Of a DNA stretch of 64,000 bases, positions 58,268 to 64,000 are shown one piece after another. Numbering within the stretch: position 1 is the stretch's first letter; each line of letters starts with the position of its first letter. This DNA is from Neophaeotheca triangularis (taxonomy: Eukaryota). The notes under the pieces are model-generated. The model saw only the letters and a program-made list of their open reading frames with translations. It was not told where the DNA came from and ran no database searches. The translations under genes were made by a program, and so were the position numbers. The DNA lies in assembly GCA_054600435.1 (NCBI GenBank), contig BAAIJX010000040.1:1-64000 (forward strand), read 5' to 3'.

Positions 58268-59449
58268 ATGGTCATCTACGGTAAATCTCGCTCGACCTCT
58301 CCAACTTCGCGAAGATGGCCAGGCAGGAGATTCACCTGCCTTTACCTACCTCTCGCCATCCTCCTTCTCCTCGCCCTCTTCGTCTACACTCCTTTACCGA
58401 ATAACATCGACAACCAACGGGACTCTCTGGTCGACCACGTAGCAAATGCAACAAAATCCCGACTGCCATCAATTCATCTTCCGCAATCGAATCACCAGTC
58501 GCCGTCTCTCGAGTCGACAAAGTCCAAGTACGCCTTCGCCACCTTCCTCGGTAACGACGCAGGCCACAATTCCAACGGCCCATACGAAAAGGAAGACATG
58601 GACCTCGACCGTTATTTCGTCGCAACACGTCTACTCGCCTACCAACTCCTCCACGCTCCCGAAACCCGCTCTCAAAACACCACCATTACCTCAGAACCCA
58701 TCCCCTTGATCGTCCTCGTAACCGACGCAGTTTCGGAGGAGAAGCGCCAACGCCTCCGCTCCGACGGTGCCATAATCCAGCAAGCCGAGCCCCTACAAAG
58801 CGACTGGATGCACACCGACATCTCCACCTGGCAAGACGTTACAGCAAAAATGCACCTCTGGTCACTCGACCAATTCTCCCTGATCTGCTTCTTGGACGCC
58901 GACACCGTGCTCACAGGCCCCCTAGACGGCATCTTCGCCGACCCAGCAGTCACGACCCAAACAACCCTCACAAACCCCTCCGCCCTCCGCTCCGACGAAG
59001 CACCCCTCCCACCCACCTTCGTCTTCGCCGGAACCCCCGAAATGCACCACAAACACCACTACCCGCCCTCCGCGGACCCCAAAGCCCACGACTACCCGAA
59101 CCCGGCCTACCTCAACGCGGGCTTTTTCGTCCTGGCCCCTTCCCCGCAACTCCTAACCTACTACACCCGCCTCGTCCAATTGCCAGAACAGCGCTTCGAC
59201 CCCAAGTTCCCGGAGCAAAACCTCTTGAACTACGCTCACAGGCGCGATGGCAATATGCCCTGGCAACAGCTGGATGTCGGGTGGAATGTGCATTACCCCA
59301 GTACGGAGGATTTGGACGGTGGAGTGAGGTCGCTGCATGAGAAGTGGTGGGTGCGGGAGGACAAGAGTGGGGGGGAAGGTGTGGGTGCTTTTTTGAGGAG
59401 TTGGCGGTGGAGGATGGAGGGGTTCTGGCAGGGGAGGGAGGGGCGGTGA
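58268..59449 (+). CDS. GT8-family (glycogenin-like fold) glycosyltransferase, type II membrane protein
   Basis: N-terminal TM helix; YAFATFL, YFVATRLLAYQLLH, DxD motif FLDAD, YLNAGFFVLAPS, EQNLLNY and SLHEKWW. Confidence 0.88.
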   Translation: MVIYGKSRSTSPTSRRWPGRRFTCLYLPLAILLLLALFVYTPLPNNIDNQRDSLVDHVANATKSRLPSIHLPQSNHQSPSLESTKSKYAFATFLGNDAGHNSNGPYEKEDMDLDRYFVATRLLAYQLLHAPETRSQNTTITSEPIPLIVLVTDAVSEEKRQRLRSDGAIIQQAEPLQSDWMHTDISTWQDVTAKMHLWSLDQFSLICFLDADTVLTGPLDGIFADPAVTTQTTLTNPSALRSDEAPLPPTFVFAGTPEMHHKHHYPPSADPKAHDYPNPAYLNAGFFVLAPSPQLLTYYTRLVQLPEQRFDPKFPEQNLLNYAHRRDGNMPWQQLDVGWNVHYPSTEDLDGGVRSLHEKWWVREDKSGGEGVGAFLRSWRWRMEGFWQGREGR

Positions 59450-60035
59450 GCGGGGTTGGTTGAGTTTGGTAGATGAAATGTAAGACTGGACTTGCTGGGT
59501 TTGAACTCGGGGGGGGTTACGGGGGGGTTGAAGACACCTTTTACAAATCACGCGGCGTGACGGCCTCGAAGTGCCTCCAGTCAGAGTTGGAGTTCGGCGG
59601 TTCTTACCCGTGTTGTGTCGCGAGGTACTTCTCGCTGGTGCTGGGACGCGGCCTCTCCCATGTTACGGCAGTAGCGGACGCGGTTTCGAAAGACGCGCCT
59701 CGGACCCTACTGATGAAGAGGCTAGCAAGAAGGGCGACGCGAGTCCGAATCGCCCAAACGAAAGACGAGCAGGTTTCGCAGTTGCGAGGATCCCTTCGTT
59801 CCGATGAAACCCGAGTCCTGGTTTTATAAGAGACTGCTGCACAAGTACGACGTGGTTTCTGAGGCATCGGCGGCGGGCAAGAGCGGGTGAAGGGGACTAC
59901 TTGAGATCTCGCCATCAAGCGAGCAAACAATACATACATAAACACAGCCATGCAGACCAGATTCTATAGCAAGTCGATCTACATCTCCGAACGAAAGATC
60001 TACACTCCAACCGCTTCCCACACCGCACCGACATC

Positions 60036-63000
60036 TCACTCCCCAGAACTCCACCGACACTCACATCCCCGCCCCCCCGCATCCCCCCTCATCCCTAGCT
60101 CCCTGGAAACCAATTCCAACCCTTCCCCGCCCCATCCACCCCCGCCCACCGCCTCGCCAACCCACCCCCTAGCCCCCTCAACGACCCTCCCCTCCCCATC
60201 CAAACCATGACAATACGCTCTCCGCTCCCCCCGACCACGACCACGACCACGACCACCAACCCCCCGGTCCAAAACCACAGTCACCGGGTACGGAAAACTT
60301 CCCGGAGTTTCCGCAACCATGGCCGAAGACTCTCGCGCTCGTGCTCTGTCGTCCCCATCGTCGGCACCGCTGGCTGCAGTCCCCAGCTCGGCGACTGTGC
60401 CGCGCCGGGTCCAGATCTTCACCAGCAGCCGCGTCGAGGGGAGGGTGCAGATGGCGTTTGCGTTGCGCGGGGACGTGTTGGGGGTTAGTGCCGTGGTAGT
60501 GTTTTGGCGTGGTTGGGGGGGTTCGTTGTTGGCGTTGGCGTTGTTGCTGTTGTTGCTGTTGTTGTTGTTGAAGTTGTTGCTGCTGTTGCCGCTGTTGGGC
60601 GTGGAGGTTTTGAAACCTTTCGCGAAGATTGTGCGGTCGTAGTAGGTGTGGAAGCCGTAGTGCTCGTCTTTTTGCCCGCGGTTGTAGAGGAGGAGCGGTT
60701 GCGAGCGGACGAGAGGGTAGAGGAGGGCTGGGGCTGGCTGGCCGTTTGGGCGGATGGGTGGGGAGGGGATTTTTGAGGGGGAGGGGAGGGCTGTGTTTGA
60801 TGGTGATGCTGAGGCGGAGGCTGAGGCGCTGGGATCGGGGACCGGGCTTGCTGATGCGGAGTCGGAAGCTGGAAGGGGGGCTGTAGGGGTTGCCGGAGAT
60901 GGGTATGGATAAGGGTTTGCGTCGTTGCGTTTGGGTAGCTGGTAACGGTTTTCCAAGTCCTTTTTGGGAGGTTCCAGGTCTGAGACGTCAAGGAGAGATA
61001 GGAAGAAAGGTGTTTCCTCGCCCTCATATGGCTCGTCCACGCCATCGACCTCTTTGCCCATGAACAGCCTGTCTTCCTCCCCGGGTGGCGAGGGCCAGGA
61101 ATCGTACAGCCTGTCCTCCCAAGCGCCTCTCCTCCAAAGCGGTGCGAGCGAACCACCATGCCGCTTCCGCAAGTCCTCACCATGCTCATCTCCATCCGCC
61201 TCATCACGAACAACAGGCACAACCGCACTCTTATCCTCAACAGTCCCATTCCTGAACCGAATCTCGAACCGCCAACTCGGCAAACGGTCCTCCCCATCAT
61301 CCCCGTCAGCAGCAGCAGGGACCCCACACCCCCACAGCCCACCCCCAACCCCACAACTCTCTTCCCCCTCCTGCTTCCTCGCCCCAACAACCGTGGCAAT
61401 CCCCGTTGGCAGCGCGGGAAACCCCGTCAAATTCAACCACCTCGCCTGCACAGGCATATCGCCACGCTGTCGCGGCGGGATAAAAACAATCAACAACACC
61501 AAAAGCAACAACAAAAGGAAAGCGGAGAGCGCTATCAAGACCCATAGGAAGCGGCGCCACCAGGGGATCCAGGGCTCGTCGGCTTCAGCTTCGGTGCAGA
61601 CGCGGAGTTGGCCGAAACGGTCGGTTCTGAGTGTGGGGGCTTTGTGGAGGCTTGGTTGGGAGGGTTTCTCGGTTATGAGGGTTGAGGGTTGGGATTTGGG
61701 GGTTGAGGGGATGGTGGAGGTTATACCTAGGCCGTGAGAGCTTTGGCGGGTGTGGATGGTTGGGCGTAGGCCTTTGGGTTTTTCGGGATCGGGGTTGGAA
61801 GGGGCGAGAGATTGGGTTTTGGAGCCGGTGTTGGTGACAATGGGCTGGGTTTTCATTGTCGTGACGCCTAGACCGCGGGAGGTGGTGCTGGGTGGGGTGG
61901 TGCCTGCTCGAGAAGGTGTGAGGGTCACTTCGCGCTGCATGTTGTTGGCTGAGCCTGGTCCGGCAAGAGTAGCCATGTGTGCACTTTCCAGCTTTGGTGT
62001 GGCGGACATGGGTGACATAATGGAGCCTGCGGTCGTTTGTGTGTTGCTGCGGTCTTGTGTTGGGCGAGCCGGAGCTGGAGTGGCCATTTCTTCCGCCGCT
62101 GGAGTGGAAAACATATTGCGGTCGATCTGCGTTTCCGTTGGTGGGGGTTTGGCCGCATGCTTATCAGCAAAAGGGCTTTTGTCATTGTCGTATTCATTGA
62201 TAATGTTCTTGTCGACCACGCTTCGTTGGTTGGAAATGGACGACGACGGCGCTATGCTACCGTGAGCGCGGCGAAACTCTTCGCCCCAAACTTCTTGTGC
62301 GATCAGTTCAGACCTGGTCAATGGGGAGTCGTCTAGGGGACTCTCGTCTTCGAAGAAAGACGCTGACGCGCCGCCTCCGGCCCCTACAAGAACAGGGGAT
62401 TTGAATGGCTGAGACTGGTCGTAGTAAGCTGCAGCCTCCCCCTGACTCGGTATACGGTAAATGTTGAACGTCGGTGCGTTGGAATCGAGAGCGCCTGGAG
62501 CTGTCAGCGACCGCTTTGGAGCAGGTCTGTCATTCTCGAGGCTCCCATCGCGATCGTTGACCGGTGGTGCGGAACGTAGCTCGTCGTCTTCCGGTGCGCG
62601 ATCTTGAAATACCGGCTCGCTCCTGCCCATCCCAGTGCCGTCTGCCAACAAAGAGCGGCTGGCTTCGTCATTGTGCTCGACCGGCGGAGGAGAGCGCCAA
62701 AAAAATGCATTGGATCCAGCTGAGAAGGGCGAAGTTATCAAGTTCCACCAGCCGTTAGAACGCTGAGGTGTAGGCAACATTGATTGAGTAGTGAAACGCT
62801 TTGACTCGCGAGCCGGAGCGCTCCCGGTGGCAGTAAGAGGTGTTTCTTCATCAAACTCCGTGCAGATGGAGAGGGTGGCGTTCCTTGGATTGGCATGGAC
62901 ACCTTCTTTGAATGTTGTAAGGTTCGAGTCGCGGACAGTATGCTGAGCTGTGCCCTCTGTTATCTTAGGGCCGTTGGCAAAAAGTGGAAGGGGAGGGACC

Positions 63001-63674
63001 GGTGGAGTCTGTTCTCGGGATGTTTGCCTCGCTGCGCCATTAGTGTAGCGGGAGTATACGCTGGAAGCTGGCCTGTAATGATCTGTGTTTTGGAGCTCTT
63101 CAGGTGATCGGTTGAAGCCGAAAGTTTCTTCAGCTGGTGTAATGACAATGGTGGGCGTAGATGCCTCTTGCGCATATCGGAGGGAGCTTTTCTGGGGAAG
63201 AGGTGGCTGTCCTCGTGCTTCGCCAGATTGTGGACTCGACTCGTGATTCGGCAGTTCAGCAGAAGGGACAGCAAGGCCAATAGGGATCGTCTGGTCCGAA
63301 GGCGATATATCTGTCAGGTCGAGGGGAGCAGGACGGAGGCCCTTGACACGCTTGTGTACAGGCAGTACCTAGCTCGAGTGCACAACTCCTACGTTTTGCG
63401 ATCGATCAATTGGCTCCGCAAGTTGTTCATTTCCACGTTCTGCCGCGACGCCCTCGAGACTGCCTCCAACAGGCCCCTGCCGACGATCACGGCAGTCCTG
63501 ATTGAATGTTGCATATTCGTTGGTATACACCTGTTCGGGTATCTGGCCTCTGTGGCGGGATACGCTTGTGTCGAGCGCCAGCCCGGGTTTTGTGCGACTG
63601 ACTAGAGCTCGCAATTTGCGTTTGGAAGCTGATCGTGAAGGACGTCGCCTGAGATAGTCGGTATTGGTGAACAT
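60036..63674 (-). CDS. Large single-pass membrane protein; reading frame contains one internal TAG (63369-63371)
   Basis: The 914-aa ORF (62780-60036) extends upstream without stops to 63368. After one TAG it is in frame with the ORF beginning ATG 63674. One TM helix (FLWVLIALSAFLLLLLLVLLIVFI) precedes a Cys-containing domain (WLNLTGFPALPTG, YGFHTYYDRTIF, GSFPYPVTVVLDR, GCECRW). Start uncertain. Confidence 0.75.
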
Positions 63675-64000
63675 CTCCGGTCCTGTGTGATTGTGATAGG
63701 AAGATGCTGTGGCGCCTGCGCCTGTAATGTGTTGCTTGCAAGGGGTAAAAAGGTCGAAAAAGTTACAATCACACGCTTCCGAGACAGGAAACACGTAAGG
63801 AGAATGCGCGACAGAGGAAAGACGCAAGGAAAGACAAGATGTAGAGACTCGAAATTTCAGTAATGCGGAAAAAGAGAAGAAGAAGAAGAGTCAAGAAAGA
63901 AAGTCAATGTCTGACCAAGGCCAGAACATATCCAGCCCTGCCACGGCCTTCTGGTCCATACTTAGGTACATGTCGCCATTGGATTGACGGGCTGCTGGCG

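Noticed and set aside
60530..60590. (AAC)n-like run encoding poly-Asn, and (CCACGA)n encoding a GR repeat near 60232-60255
   Set aside because: Ordinary coding microsatellites in low-complexity loops.

Overview
A gene-dense eukaryotic window from a filamentous ascomycete. Short GT-AG introns with CTRAC-type branch points and the protein set suggest Pezizomycotina, probably Dothideomycetes (taxon is inference). About 26 protein-coding genes can be supported, mostly housekeeping or metabolic: cytidine deaminase (partial), JAC1, dynein intermediate chain, ATP synthase subunits e and b, an EF-hand MscS channel, LSM2, CYP53 benzoate 4-monooxygenase, NOC4, TAF7, a sugar porter, an ankyrin protein, a TAF3-like protein, an RNase T1-family nuclease, DUF3632, RPE1, an EthD-like/alpha-beta-hydrolase fusion, AMP deaminase, a GH16 Crh transglycosylase, an AKR7-like reductase, a GT8 transferase and several large uncharacterised proteins. 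I saw no tRNA, rRNA, CRISPR array or transposon. The most interesting signals concern stop codons. (1) RPE1 has a cryptic peroxisomal signal directly behind its stop (TGA CTG CAG GAT AGT AAG CTG TAG = -LQDSKL). (2) Two large genes each have a single in-frame TAG with coding-like sequence on both sides (2226-2228 and 63369-63371). (3) An RPE1 NAGNAG acceptor would insert a TAG if its proximal site is used. Also notable are a 7-copy short linear motif protein, a C-rich to G-rich compositional flip inside many CDSs, and a recurrent upstream 11-mer. Gene models were spliced by eye; product calls come from recognised motifs, not database searches.
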